A DNA stretch of 32,000 nucleotides, from assembly GCF_000011805.1 (NCBI RefSeq), contig NC_006840.2; one strand, 5' to 3'. The notes below the pieces were generated by a model. The model saw nothing but the letters and a program-made list of their open reading frames with translations. It did not search any database and was not told where the DNA came from. The DNA is from Aliivibrio fischeri ES114. Its GTDB lineage: Bacteria; Pseudomonadota; Gammaproteobacteria; Enterobacterales; Vibrionaceae. Each line of letters opens with the position of its first letter. The stretch's first letter is position 1. The position numbers and the translations under genes are program-made. Positions 20,388-30,144 of the stretch are shown one piece after another.

Positions 20388-20443
20388 ATGCCAAATGCAC
20401 AGTATAATCCCCCCACCTCCCATAACTCTGTACCGTTGTTATT

Positions 20444-21457
20444 ATGGAAAGAAAACACATTTACATCGCCTATACTGGCGGCACAATCGGCATGATAAAG
20501 TCTGATGATCATGGTTATGTTCCAGCTGCTGGATTCATGCAACATCAACTTAAACAAATGCCAGAGTTCCATCGTGCAGAAATGCCAATTTTCACCATTC
20601 ACGAATACGAGCCTTTGATTGACTCTTCAGACATGACGCCTGAAGACTGGCAACGTATTGCTGACGATATTCGTGCTAATTACGACAAATACGACGGATT
20701 TGTGATTCTTCATGGTACGGACACCATGGCCTACACAGCATCGGCTCTTTCTTTCATGCTAGAGAACCTTGGAAAACCAGTTATTGTTACTGGCTCTCAA
20801 ATTCCTCTTGCAGAACTTCGCTCTGATGGCCAAAGCAACTTATTAAATGCACTGCATATCGCAGCAAATTACCCTATCAATGAAGTAACGTTATTCTTTA
20901 ATAACAAATTGATCCGTGGTAATCGCAGTACTAAGTCACATGCAGATGGTTTTGATGCGTTTTCTTCACCAAACTTACCACCTTTATTAGAGGCTGGTAT
21001 TAATATTCAAATTAATGGTGCAGAAATCAACAAACAGCCTGAAGGTGAGTTCACAGTAAATAACATTACACCACAACCAATCGGTGTCGTGACAATGTAT
21101 CCTGGGATCTCGGCAGAAGTGATCAAAAATACACTACGCCAACCAGTCAATGCGATGATCTTACTGACCTTTGGTGTGGGTAATGCGCCACAAAACCCTG
21201 AGCTTCTTGCGCAATTAAAAGAAGCATCTGAACGTGGCGTTGTCGTGGTTAACTTGACTCAATGTTTATCTGGAAAAGTAAACATGGGTGGCTATGCAAC
21301 AGGCTGTGCTCTAGCTGAAGCTGGAGTAATTAGTGGTTATGATATGACACCAGAAGCTGCTCTAGCTAAACTTCATTATATTCTAAGCAAAGAATTACCG
21401 TATGAAACCATGCGTACTATGATGCAACAGAATTTATGTGGTGAACTAACGCATTAA
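20444..21457 (+). CDS. ansA: Cytoplasmic L-asparaginase I
   Basis: MERKHIYIAYTGGTIGM...ILHGTDTMAYTASALSFMLENLGKPVIVTGSQIPLAELRSDGQSNLLNAL... is almost colinear-identical in pattern with E. coli AnsA. Confidence 0.95.
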   Translation: MERKHIYIAYTGGTIGMIKSDDHGYVPAAGFMQHQLKQMPEFHRAEMPIFTIHEYEPLIDSSDMTPEDWQRIADDIRANYDKYDGFVILHGTDTMAYTASALSFMLENLGKPVIVTGSQIPLAELRSDGQSNLLNALHIAANYPINEVTLFFNNKLIRGNRSTKSHADGFDAFSSPNLPPLLEAGINIQINGAEINKQPEGEFTVNNITPQPIGVVTMYPGISAEVIKNTLRQPVNAMILLTFGVGNAPQNPELLAQLKEASERGVVVVNLTQCLSGKVNMGGYATGCALAEAGVISGYDMTPEAALAKLHYILSKELPYETMRTMMQQNLCGELTH

Positions 21458-21475
21458 TTTCGATTTACGTAATAC

Positions 21476-21514
21476 AAAAAAGGCTTCCCTGAATTCTCAT
21501 GGGAAGCCTTTTTT
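21476..21514. terminator. Bidirectional terminator between convergent ansA and asd
   Basis: aaaaaaggcttccc (21476-21489) pairs with gggaagcctttttt (21501-21514) around an 11-nt loop. A and T runs flank the stem. Confidence 0.8.
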
Positions 21515-21537
21515 AATTCTAGATAATTAACCGTAAA

Positions 21538-22653
21538 TTATCTTTTTTCGTTCAAAATAATACGTAGGGTACGACGAAGTGGCTCTGCTGCGCCCCATAG
21601 TAATTGGTCACCAACCGTAAAGGCATTTAAAAACTCATTACCCATCGACATTTTACGTAAGCGACCAACTGGAACAGATAATGTCCCTGTTACTTTTGCC
21701 GGAGTTAATTCCTGTGCCGTAATATCACGCTCATTAGGGATCACTTTAACCCAATCATTATGCGTTGCGATGATCTCTTCAATTTCATCCATTGGAACAT
21801 CTTGCTTTAACTTAATCGTTAATGCTTGCGAGTGACAACGCATTGCCCCAATACGCACACACGTACCATCAATTGGTACAGGAGTGTTTTCAAGCCCTAG
21901 AATCTTGTTCGTTTCTACTGTTGCTTTCCATTCTTCTTTACTTTGACCATTTTCACGCTTTACATCAATCCATGGGATCAAAGAACCCGCTAATGGAGCA
22001 CCAAATTCAGAGGTAGGAAAAGAACTAGAACGAATGGTTTCAGCCACTTTTCTATCAATATCTAAAATTGAACTCGCAGGATTTGCCAACTCAGAAGTCA
22101 CACAATCATTAACCACGCCCATTTGTGAAATCAGCTCACGCATATTTTTCGCACCAGCACCTGAAGCAGCTTGGTATGTCATTGCACTCATCCATTCAAC
22201 TAGACCCGCTTTATACAAACCACCTAATCCCATTAGCATTAAACTAACGGTACAGTTACCACCTACGTATGTATTGGTTCCGGCATGGATGCCTTGCTGA
22301 ATTTGCTCAAAGTTGACAGGATCAAGGGTAATAATGGCATCATCTTTCATACGTAATGTCGATGCAGCATCAATCCAGTAACCTTTCCAACCTGCTTGTC
22401 TAAGTGCTGGGTACACTTTTTCAGTATAACTGCCACCCTGACACGTAATGATGGCATCTAATTTTGATAGTGATTGAATATCAAATGCATCTTGTAATAG
22501 CCCTGCATCTTTACCAAGGTTTGGAGCTGGAATCCCAACTTGCGATGTGGTGTAAAATACAGGTTCGATATGATCGAAATCGCGCTCTTCAACCATACGT
22601 TGCATCAATACAGAACCAACCATACCGCGCCAACCAACTAAACCTACTCTCAT
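21538..22653 (-). CDS. asd: Aspartate-semialdehyde dehydrogenase
   Basis: [26 protein letters not shown]...[16 protein letters not shown]...[11 protein letters not shown] matches E. coli-type Asd, including the active-site Cys context. Confidence 0.95.
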   Translation of the reverse strand: MRVGLVGWRGMVGSVLMQRMVEERDFDHIEPVFYTTSQVGIPAPNLGKDAGLLQDAFDIQSLSKLDAIITCQGGSYTEKVYPALRQAGWKGYWIDAASTLRMKDDAIITLDPVNFEQIQQGIHAGTNTYVGGNCTVSLMLMGLGGLYKAGLVEWMSAMTYQAASGAGAKNMRELISQMGVVNDCVTSELANPASSILDIDRKVAETIRSSSFPTSEFGAPLAGSLIPWIDVKRENGQSKEEWKATVETNKILGLENTPVPIDGTCVRIGAMRCHSQALTIKLKQDVPMDEIEEIIATHNDWVKVIPNERDITAQELTPAKVTGTLSVPVGRLRKMSMGNEFLNAFTVGDQLLWGAAEPLRRTLRIILNEKR

Positions 22654-23277
22654 TTTACTCTCCCTGTAATCTTAAAAAATAAATACGCTTCCTCCATCTA
22701 TATGATGAACAGAATAAAATCTCAAGCACTATTTTTATATGATTTGAAATAAATGCCGTCTTATTTCCTTACATGTGAACGAATAGATATAAGAGAAAAA
22801 GCGCAATAAACCACCAATTCAATAATTATCTTTTTAGTAAAAGACAATTTGAAACAACATAAATATAACTTTTATGCACCTTACTTTAATTCGAATCAAA
22901 AACCTTCAAAAGTAAGCTCTTAACACTTCTTACACCTAGTTACATTTCATAAAATTTCACCAAAAACCAAGAAAGCAAACGTTTAAACTAATAATCACTG
23001 ACAAAAAGTGAGGTTAAGTTACTATTTATGCTATTTTTTAATACAAAATAAAAACATCAACTCATTTTTAAAATCAAATAAATCATTAATTAAAACTATT
23101 TATTAACGCTAAAATTACGTTTTTATTGTGAAATTAACAAGAGTAGAGATAAAAATCACAAATAAACCAGAGTTAATCGATCTATTGTTGATCATAAGGT
23201 AAAGTGCACCTCGTTTAGAAAACACAACCCCTTATCGTATGAATTTTATTCATACATACAAAAAAGAGGCTTTATAC

Positions 23278-24714
23278 ATGAAGCAAGCAACAACAAAGTT
23301 ACCTTCGATTACGCAGGTAATTATATCTTTAGGGCTATTTCTACTTCTTGCCTTTTCATTCACGGCACAACTTGACCTACCTATTCAACTAGCTCTTTAC
23401 ATCGGCTGGTTCATTATCATGACGTTAGGTATCAAATTAGGCCATGATTATAAATCTTTAGAAAAAGCAGCTCTAAATGGCATCTCCAATGGACTAGGAG
23501 CAGTATTAATTCTCTTGGCTGTTGGCGCATTAGTGGGTACTTGGATCTCTGGTGGTATTGTTCCAACCATTATTTACTACGGCCTAAAAGCCATTCACCC
23601 ATCTATCTTCCTTTTAGCTACAATGATCATCTGTTCATTAACGGCTCTTGCAACAGGAACATCATGGGGTGCGGCTGGTACAGCTGGTATTGCAATGATG
23701 GGGATCGGTCAAGGTCTTGGTGTTCCAGCACCAATTACTGCTGGTGCAATCCTTTCAGGCTGTTACTTTGGCGACAAAATGTCTCCACTTTCAGATTCTG
23801 TAATTCTTGCTTCTTCAATGTCTAATGTTGAAGTTATGGAGCACATTAAAGGCATGCTGCCTGTTGCTCTTATCAGCTACATCATCACTGGTATTATGTT
23901 TACTGCATTTGGTTTCCACTTTGCAGGTAACGTAGACATGAGCCAAGTTGATTCTGTTATCTTAGCAATGGAAGAGCAATTTGTTATCTCTCCATTCTCA
24001 TTTGTTCCTGTTGTTATTGTTCTTGGCCTATTGGCGATGAGAATGCCTTCTTTCCCAGTGATCAGCTTTGGTTCTCTTTTGGGTATTGTATGGGCTGTAA
24101 TGGTACAAGATATCGATTTTTTGACAGCATTTAATACTGCATGGGCACCTTTCTCAATTTCATCTGGTGTTGAGTTTATTGATGCGATCCTAAACCGTGG
24201 TGGTATGTCTTCAATGCTTGGCTCAGTTGCAGTTATCGTATTTGGTCTAGGTTTTGGTGGTCTATTAGATAAAGTAGGTGTTCTTGAAACCGTTGCTAAA
24301 CTATTTGAAAAACGAGTTCAAGGCCCAGGTTCTCTTGCAACAAGTACGATTGCGACTGCTTTCTTTGGTAACATCTTCGGTTCGGCGATGTATGTATCGC
24401 TTATCCTTACACCAAAGATTTGTGCGAAAAACTACGACCGTTTAGGTTACAAACGTAAGAACCTATCTCGTAATGCTGAGTTTGGTGGTACGTTAACTTC
24501 AGGTATGGTTCCTTGGAGTGATAATGGTATCTACATGGCAAGCATCTTAGGCGTAGCTACACTGTCTTATGCACCATTCATGTGGTTAAGCTTCGTATGT
24601 ATTATCGTAACGATTGTAACTTCATACTTCGGTTGGTTTGTTGATAAATGCGAACCAACAGTAACGGTAGAAGAAACTGATGAAGCTATCGCTGTAGAAA
24701 CAAAAACAGCATAA
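23278..24714 (+). CDS. nhaC: Na+/H+ antiporter NhaC
   Basis: Polytopic membrane protein with NhaC motifs (ATGTSWGAAGTAGIAMMGIG, SGCYFGDKMSPLSDSVILAS). I chose the ATG at 23278, which is preceded by aaagagg at good spacing. The track start at 23239 adds 13 non-membrane codons. Confidence 0.85.
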   Translation: MKQATTKLPSITQVIISLGLFLLLAFSFTAQLDLPIQLALYIGWFIIMTLGIKLGHDYKSLEKAALNGISNGLGAVLILLAVGALVGTWISGGIVPTIIYYGLKAIHPSIFLLATMIICSLTALATGTSWGAAGTAGIAMMGIGQGLGVPAPITAGAILSGCYFGDKMSPLSDSVILASSMSNVEVMEHIKGMLPVALISYIITGIMFTAFGFHFAGNVDMSQVDSVILAMEEQFVISPFSFVPVVIVLGLLAMRMPSFPVISFGSLLGIVWAVMVQDIDFLTAFNTAWAPFSISSGVEFIDAILNRGGMSSMLGSVAVIVFGLGFGGLLDKVGVLETVAKLFEKRVQGPGSLATSTIATAFFGNIFGSAMYVSLILTPKICAKNYDRLGYKRKNLSRNAEFGGTLTSGMVPWSDNGIYMASILGVATLSYAPFMWLSFVCIIVTIVTSYFGWFVDKCEPTVTVEETDEAIAVETKTA

Positions 24715-24736
24715 TTTCTTAGTTTACTCATTAAAT

Positions 24737-24768
24737 AAAAATGCCAGTGATTGATCACTGGCATTTTT
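24737..24768 (+). terminator. Terminator of nhaC
   Basis: aaaaatgccagtga pairs with tcactggcattttt in a near-perfect hairpin, followed by a T-run. Confidence 0.8.
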
Positions 24769-24981
24769 GTATCTAGCACTTAATTATTCGGATTATGTTT
24801 ATTATACCATTCTGGATAAGTAGTTATTCAGATAATTGCGTAGGAAAAATCGATTAGAGCAAGGCATAAATTACAGTAACTAGTAGATCTAATTACACCT
24901 AATTTTTGCAATAAAAAGGTATAACGCAGATATAATCGATTTTAACAAGCAAGAATGATCAAATACTTATGTAGATTGGTA

Positions 24982-26172
24982 TTACACTGTGGTTTTCTTA
25001 ACTGCCGCTCTTTTTCCTAAGAAATACCCTAACCCTAGAGGAGCAAAGAAAATAGCCAAGATAAACAAAATGAAGTAAATGATTGTACTCTTAATTAAAT
25101 CGATCACTTTATCCATAGCAAGAGTTAAAACATCTTGGGATACTTGATCTAAATCCTGAGTAAACTTCTCACGCTCTTGAGTTACAATGATTGCAATAGC
25201 CTTACGCTCTCTTTCAACCATATCAACCAATTCTTTACGCTCACGAGCTACCATGGCTTCTAAAGCAATACGCTCTGCACTTAATTGATTCAGTTTATCA
25301 TCGGTTTTCATGTCCAAATCATCAAGCAACGGCTGCAGCTGAATACTCATCTGCTCGGCAAGATTTTGCATATATTCTGGGTTATTTTTCACGAAATCCT
25401 GGAACGATTGCGATGTATTTCGTAAGCTCTCTAGTGTTTTGTTCACGTCATTGCCATTAATCGTACTATTCATGGCAATCAATTCAGCTTTCCACGTCAT
25501 AATTTTTGGCGTTTGTTCAGAAACTAAACCAAGACGATCAGACACATCACCTAGTGCTTCAGGCATAGTACCTAGTGTCGCTACTGCTTCTGTTTCATCA
25601 ATATTTTGATGAGCTAACCAAGCCTTTAATGCAGGTGTTCTACGCATCATTAAACTATCAAATGCATGATCTTTTACAAATTGAGTAACAAACTCTTTCC
25701 CTGATTTAAATTCTGAGCCAGATAATAGTTTTTCTGCCATGTTTTCAATATCGACATATAAAGCCTGACTGGTTTTGTAATCAATATCACTATCAAAGAG
25801 CTCAGCACCTTTACCTTCTGGAGAGAAAAATTGCTCCATTTGTGCTACAAACACCCAAGTATCAATCAATGCCACTTTTGGAGATACTTGGTATGCTGCA
25901 CGCTGAAGCCCTTCTTCTGCATGAATCTTCCACAATAAAACATAAGACTGATGTAAGGTGTCATCTTTAGGGTAAGTTAATGCGATTTCATCTGCCGCAG
26001 ATTCTACTTCACTAAAGAAATGCTTACTGTATTCACGAGTTAAAATACGTGTATTTAGCTCTGCTGTTGTTAATGGCACAGATTGAGACTCTAACTTTAC
26101 TTCAAGAAGAGAACAGCCATTAAGCATCAAAAGAGAGATAATAATAGAAAAGAATTTAGAGGTGTGTTTCAT
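24982..26172 (-). CDS. Hypothetical envelope protein: N-terminal lipobox signal peptide, long helical/coiled-coil region, C-terminal TM helix
   Basis: MKHTSKFFSIIISLLMLNGC|SLL is a lipobox-like L-N-G-C signal. Charged repeats occur at ARERKELVDMVERERKAIAIIVTQEREKF. The C-terminal hydrophobic stretch IIYFILFILAIFFAPLGLGYFLG is followed by the basic tail KRAAVKKTTV. I recognise no family. Confidence 0.65.
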   Translation of the reverse strand: MKHTSKFFSIIISLLMLNGCSLLEVKLESQSVPLTTAELNTRILTREYSKHFFSEVESAADEIALTYPKDDTLHQSYVLLWKIHAEEGLQRAAYQVSPKVALIDTWVFVAQMEQFFSPEGKGAELFDSDIDYKTSQALYVDIENMAEKLLSGSEFKSGKEFVTQFVKDHAFDSLMMRRTPALKAWLAHQNIDETEAVATLGTMPEALGDVSDRLGLVSEQTPKIMTWKAELIAMNSTINGNDVNKTLESLRNTSQSFQDFVKNNPEYMQNLAEQMSIQLQPLLDDLDMKTDDKLNQLSAERIALEAMVARERKELVDMVERERKAIAIIVTQEREKFTQDLDQVSQDVLTLAMDKVIDLIKSTIIYFILFILAIFFAPLGLGYFLGKRAAVKKTTV

Positions 26173-26312
26173 TAACAACCCTACCTAACCAAAAATGATA
26201 ATTAAAGAGTAGATAGGGTATCATTTTGTAAAAAGCAAGCTATCAAATATTTGAGAAGAGTTGTCAAAACGCACTCAAATAGACAGCTTACTTTTGATCA
26301 TATAAGCAACAA

Positions 26313-27329
26313 TTATGATTCAGAAGAACCTAATCGACGCGTTAATTGATCTTTAAGATTTGGCGGAGTGCCCTTGATTGTTAACGTATCCGTTTCTGGA
26401 TCATAAAAAACACGCTCACCAAGCAGCATTGCATCAAAATTTAATGATAAACCACCACCAGCACCAACAAATTTTGTTAATTTTCGTAATGCGGTACGAT
26501 CAACAGGGAAAGACTCTTCTAATTCATATCCTTGCTCTTCTGCAAATTGATAAAAATTTGAGCCTGACTCAGACGTTGGTAATTCACTAGCTAGCTCTTT
26601 AACTGTTAACTCTTCACCAGCTTGAAGCTGACCATTACAGTAATCATAAACTTGTTTGCGATATGGTTGTTTTTCTTCTTGGTCTAAACGTTCGTCAGCA
26701 CAAAAATCTTCAACCGCTTGCATTAATACTTGGTTTTGAACCTTAGTATCCATACCAACATCAGCTTGTAAGAAATCTAAGAAGAAATCAGAGACCTTAC
26801 GACCAACACGACCCTTAATGAAAGTCAGGTAACGATTCGAATCTGAATCGGTTTCCCAAGTTGATAAATCAATACGTGCAGCAATATCCATTTTTGCAAT
26901 ATCAAGATAATCAGTCGCACTAATATCTAACTGCTCAGTGACTTTCATACTTTCATTTGATGGTAATACCGCGACAAACAGGTATTCAGTAGCCAATGAT
27001 TGGTATTCAGCAATAACTAAAATACCTTCTTCTGCGAATGGATATTTAATCAGCTCAGATTTTAACTTCTCTGCTGAATTGTTGCTAAACTCTAAAAAAG
27101 GCGTTTCGTTCTTGCGAACAGATGATAACCAATGACCAAACTCACTTTCAGTTTTGAAAACACCGAAGCCTTTACCCGCTTTTGAATTAAATACACGATG
27201 TAACTCAGAAACAAGGGCTTCTGTGAACTCTTCGTTCTCAAGAGTTTGATTTCTTAGACAAACTTCAAGTTCATCTTGCTCATTTTTTACTAATTTATGT
27301 AAAATTACGTTTGAAAGGGTTAAACTCAT
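26313..27329 (-). CDS. yejK: Nucleoid-associated protein YejK/NdpA
   Basis: MSLTLSNVILHKLVK...KYPFAEEGILVIAEY...ARIDLSTWETDSDSNRYLTFIKGRVGRKVSDFFLDFL...TIKGTPPNLKDQL is colinear with E. coli YejK. The start at 27329 is by alignment. Confidence 0.9.
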   Translation of the reverse strand: MSLTLSNVILHKLVKNEQDELEVCLRNQTLENEEFTEALVSELHRVFNSKAGKGFGVFKTESEFGHWLSSVRKNETPFLEFSNNSAEKLKSELIKYPFAEEGILVIAEYQSLATEYLFVAVLPSNESMKVTEQLDISATDYLDIAKMDIAARIDLSTWETDSDSNRYLTFIKGRVGRKVSDFFLDFLQADVGMDTKVQNQVLMQAVEDFCADERLDQEEKQPYRKQVYDYCNGQLQAGEELTVKELASELPTSESGSNFYQFAEEQGYELEESFPVDRTALRKLTKFVGAGGGLSLNFDAMLLGERVFYDPETDTLTIKGTPPNLKDQLTRRLGSSES

Positions 27330-27409
27330 AATAGAAAAGGTTTTTAGTTGACGTACATAGTAGGTTATCATAAGCCGCTTTCACTATCATTAACTGACTG
27401 AAAAGACTT

Positions 27410-27637
27410 ATGGCTATTACTTCAAAATACAGCAACAAACAAATTGAACAAATGTTAACAGAGATGGTCGATGTATTAGACAAACATCGTGCACCAGCTG
27501 ATTTATCTCTAATGCTAGTTGGTAACATTGCAACAAACGTTCTAAACCAAGAAGTGCCAGCAGAACAGCGCCAAATCATCGCTGAAAAATTTGCTCAAGC
27601 ACTACTTAGCTCACTAGATAAACCAAAAACTCACTAA
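27410..27637 (+). CDS. yejL: UPF0352 protein YejL
   Basis: The 75-aa sequence [39 protein letters not shown]... matches E. coli YejL (MPQISRYSDEQVEQLL..LEKHKAPTDLSLMVLGN). It is divergent from yejK, as in E. coli. Confidence 0.9.
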
Positions 27638-27656
27638 GAGCGAGAATTCACAGACC

Positions 27657-29465
27657 ATGGTTGATAGCGGGAATACATACGGCGACAAAGTTTCTAAGTT
27701 AATTACTTGGGGTCACTGGTTTAGCTTTTTCAATATCATTGCAGCAATGCTTATTGGTACGCGTTATATAGCGCAATCACCATGGCCTGAGACCTTTCTT
27801 GGTCAAACCTATCTTGTATTAAACTGGATAGGTCACTTTGGTTTCTTAATCTTTGGGTTTTACATTCTTGTTCTGTTTCCACTGACCTTTATTACGCCAT
27901 CGCAACGACTTATGCGTATTTTAAGTGTCATCATTGCAACGGCAGGAATGACTCTACTCTTATTAGATACATACGCTTATCAAAACCTTCATTTACATAT
28001 CACGCCGCTAGTGTGGGATATGTTACTTAACAATGATAAATCCAATTTAAATACACAATGGCAATACTTGTTCATTGTGGTACCCGTAATATTCCTACTA
28101 CAACTCTCATTATCTGAATGGGTTTGGAATAAACTACGTAAACTTGCTCATAAGCATGTTGGTCGTCCATTTGCGATCACATTTGCCATCGCTTTTATTG
28201 GTAGTCACTTAATTCATACTTGGGCTGATGCATCAGCTTATGGTCCAGTAACGGCTCAGCGCGCTACATTCCCGCTCTCTTACCCTATGACAGCTCGTTC
28301 ATTTTTAGAAAAGCACGGATTCATTGACCGCGAGGCACTTGCAAAACAAATTCAAAATGAAGGAACTGGTGGCGCAACAGAAGCAATGCGTTACCCTCTT
28401 GAGCCTATTGCGTTTAAAACAAAACAAAAAGATTACAACTTGCAAATCATTATGATTGATAGCCTTCGAGCAGATACGCTAAATCATACTGACACACCAA
28501 ATTTAACTCGATTTGCACAAAACAATCTGAACTATAACAACCACTACAGTGCGAGTAATAATCCAACAAGTTTATTCGGGTTATTCTATGGTCTGCCTGG
28601 TAATTACGTAGATAGTTTTAGAAACTCACACATCGAATCACCAATTTTAACCGAACTACACGCTAGAAATTACCAATTTGGTCTATTTAGTGGCGATGAT
28701 TTTAATTCATCTCTGTATAAGCAAATCATCTTTACCAACGGTGAAATTGCTCAATCAACAGAAAAAATGAATGATAAAAAAGCAATTTCACAATGGAAAG
28801 ATTGGTTCGGTCAACAAACAAGTGATAAACCTTGGTTTAGTTATTTAGAGCTTACATCTGTTTCTGAATACGATGACGCTGCGCCGATTTCGACTTCGAA
28901 TGTAAGTCAAAACCTATTTGAAACAAACTACCGTAAGGCAGTACAAAAAACAGATAAACAACTTAAAGCTGTTTTATCAACCTTAAAACAGTCCCCTGAC
29001 TGGGAAAAAACCATTGTTATCATCACTTCAAACCACGGTATGGAATTTGATGAAACACAAACAAACAGTTGGGGCTCAAGCACTAACTTTAGTGAGTATC
29101 AACTACGTGTTCCAATGCTTATCCATTGGCCAAATGTAGAACCAGAACTCATTACAACAACATCTAGTCATTTAGATTTAGCGCCCACTTTAATGGAAGA
29201 GTTTTTAGGTACAACAACCCCTGCAAATAGCTACAGCAGTGGTATTAACCTATTTGACCAAACAGAAGAGCGTAATTGGTTACTTGCTGGAGACAGAAAA
29301 AATATAGCACTAATAACAGGAACAAATACTGTTGTTATTGATACTTTTGGTAACTATCGAGTTTACGATGAAAACTATCGTCGTTTAAAAGATGAGAAAC
29401 CAAAACTGTCTTTATTAATGCAAGGTATCTCTGAATTGAAGCGTTTTTACCACCCTAAAAAATAA
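27657..29465 (+). CDS. yejM: Inner-membrane LPS-homeostasis protein YejM (PbgA/LapC), 5 TM plus sulfatase-like periplasmic domain
   Basis: KVSKLITWGHWFSFFNIIAAMLIGTRYI... matches the E. coli YejM N-terminus (KVSQMVSWGHWFALFNILL). The C-terminal alkaline-phosphatase/sulfatase-like domain and the yejL-yejM-tRNA synteny are both present. Confidence 0.9.
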   Translation: MVDSGNTYGDKVSKLITWGHWFSFFNIIAAMLIGTRYIAQSPWPETFLGQTYLVLNWIGHFGFLIFGFYILVLFPLTFITPSQRLMRILSVIIATAGMTLLLLDTYAYQNLHLHITPLVWDMLLNNDKSNLNTQWQYLFIVVPVIFLLQLSLSEWVWNKLRKLAHKHVGRPFAITFAIAFIGSHLIHTWADASAYGPVTAQRATFPLSYPMTARSFLEKHGFIDREALAKQIQNEGTGGATEAMRYPLEPIAFKTKQKDYNLQIIMIDSLRADTLNHTDTPNLTRFAQNNLNYNNHYSASNNPTSLFGLFYGLPGNYVDSFRNSHIESPILTELHARNYQFGLFSGDDFNSSLYKQIIFTNGEIAQSTEKMNDKKAISQWKDWFGQQTSDKPWFSYLELTSVSEYDDAAPISTSNVSQNLFETNYRKAVQKTDKQLKAVLSTLKQSPDWEKTIVIITSNHGMEFDETQTNSWGSSTNFSEYQLRVPMLIHWPNVEPELITTTSSHLDLAPTLMEEFLGTTTPANSYSSGINLFDQTEERNWLLAGDRKNIALITGTNTVVIDTFGNYRVYDENYRRLKDEKPKLSLLMQGISELKRFYHPKK

Positions 29466-29495
29466 AAGGTGAATTAAAAACTCAAAATATTTCTA

Positions 29496-29526
29496 ATCCC
29501 TTCCTTAATTGCGAAGGGATTTTTTT
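29496..29526 (+). terminator. Terminator of yejM
   Basis: Stem atcccttc (29496-29503) pairs with gaagggat (29513-29520) around a 9-nt loop, followed by T6. Confidence 0.8.
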
Positions 29527-29628
29527 GCCTATAAAATACGAACAACTGCTTTATCCACTCCAAATTGTCGCAATTGCGTTCAAAGTGAATGTTTTTAAAG
29601 CAAACGGAAAATATTTTAAAAAGAATAC

Positions 29629-29657
29629 TTTACAATAAGTAAGGGTATCGCTATTAT
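29629..29657 (+). promoter_or_regulatory. Promoter of the tRNA-Ser/tRNA-Asp operon
   Basis: -35 TTTACA (29629-29634), 17-nt spacer, -10 TATTAT (29652-29657), then the GC-rich discriminator tcaccgcg just before the tRNA 5' end. The same layout recurs at both other tRNA-Ser copies. Confidence 0.7.
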
Positions 29658-29667
29658 TCACCGCGTT

Positions 29668-29758
29668 GGAGGGATGGCTGAGTGGTCGAAAGCACCGGTC
29701 TTGAAAACCGGCAAGGGTTAATAGCCCTTCTAGGGTTCAAATCCCTATCCCTCCGCCA
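29668..29758 (+). tRNA. tRNA-Ser (anticodon UGA), copy 1
   Basis: Acceptor stem GGAGGGA/TCCCTCC, discriminator G, encoded CCA. The anticodon arm is ccggt-CTTGAAA-accgg (anticodon TGA). It has a long variable arm (gggttaatagccc) and a T-arm agggttcaaatccct. Length is 91 nt. Confidence 0.95.
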
Positions 29759-29796
29759 CTTTCGAGATTCAGATAGAGTCTGGGTTTCAAAAAATT

Positions 29797-29873
29797 GGAG
29801 CGGTAGTTCAGTTGGTTAGAATACCGGCCTGTCACGCCGGGGGTCGCGGGTTCGAGTCCCGTCCGCTCCGCCA
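29797..29873 (+). tRNA. tRNA-Asp (anticodon GUC)
   Basis: GGAGCGGTAGTTCAGTTGGTTAGAATACCGGCCTGTCACGCCGGGGGTCGCGGGTTCGAGTCCCGTCCGCTCCGCCA is almost identical to E. coli tRNA-Asp. The anticodon loop is CTGTCAC. Confidence 0.95.
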
Positions 29874-29881
29874 ATACAACG

Positions 29882-29911
29882 AAGGCATTGTCGAAAGACG
29901 ATGCCTTTTTT
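29882..29911 (+). terminator. Terminator of the tRNA-Ser/Asp operon
   Basis: Stem ggcattgtc (29884-29892) pairs with gacgatgcc (29897-29905, one G-U pair) around a GAAA loop, followed by T6. Confidence 0.8.
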
Positions 29912-30144
29912 GTATCTGTTGAAAATGGAAATACTTCCGAGCACTAAATAAAGTCTGGATTTCAAAAAATCCATCACATCAATTCTTTAATTCTCAAAAT
30001 TTGCGTTAAAACTAAGACAATCAAACAAAGCATTTCAAAGAATTAGAAGCAGGTTGCGAAACTTCATTCAAACCATTATTAACCAAGGTACATTTGTATT
30101 AGCCTAAACTCGATTTTATAAAATAATAAGGCTAGATAAATACC

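Noticed and set aside
20403-20443. C-rich anti-SD-like tract CCCCCCACCTCCC in the ansA leader after a TATAAT hexamer, with no SD before the ansA ATG.
   Set aside because: No complementary GGAGG partner exists nearby, so no structure can be proposed. On the opposite strand the GGAGGTG only precedes the implausible 84-codon shadow ORF 20348-20602. Noted as an oddity only.
24846-24943. 11-nt inverted repeat AAAATCGATTA / TAATCGATTTT, 76 nt apart, in the nhaC/lipoprotein convergent spacer.
   Set aside because: The intervening sequence shows no further complementarity. Each arm is built around the self-palindromic ATCGAT. There is no associated ORF or end-like structure, so it is not convincing as a MITE or an RNA element.
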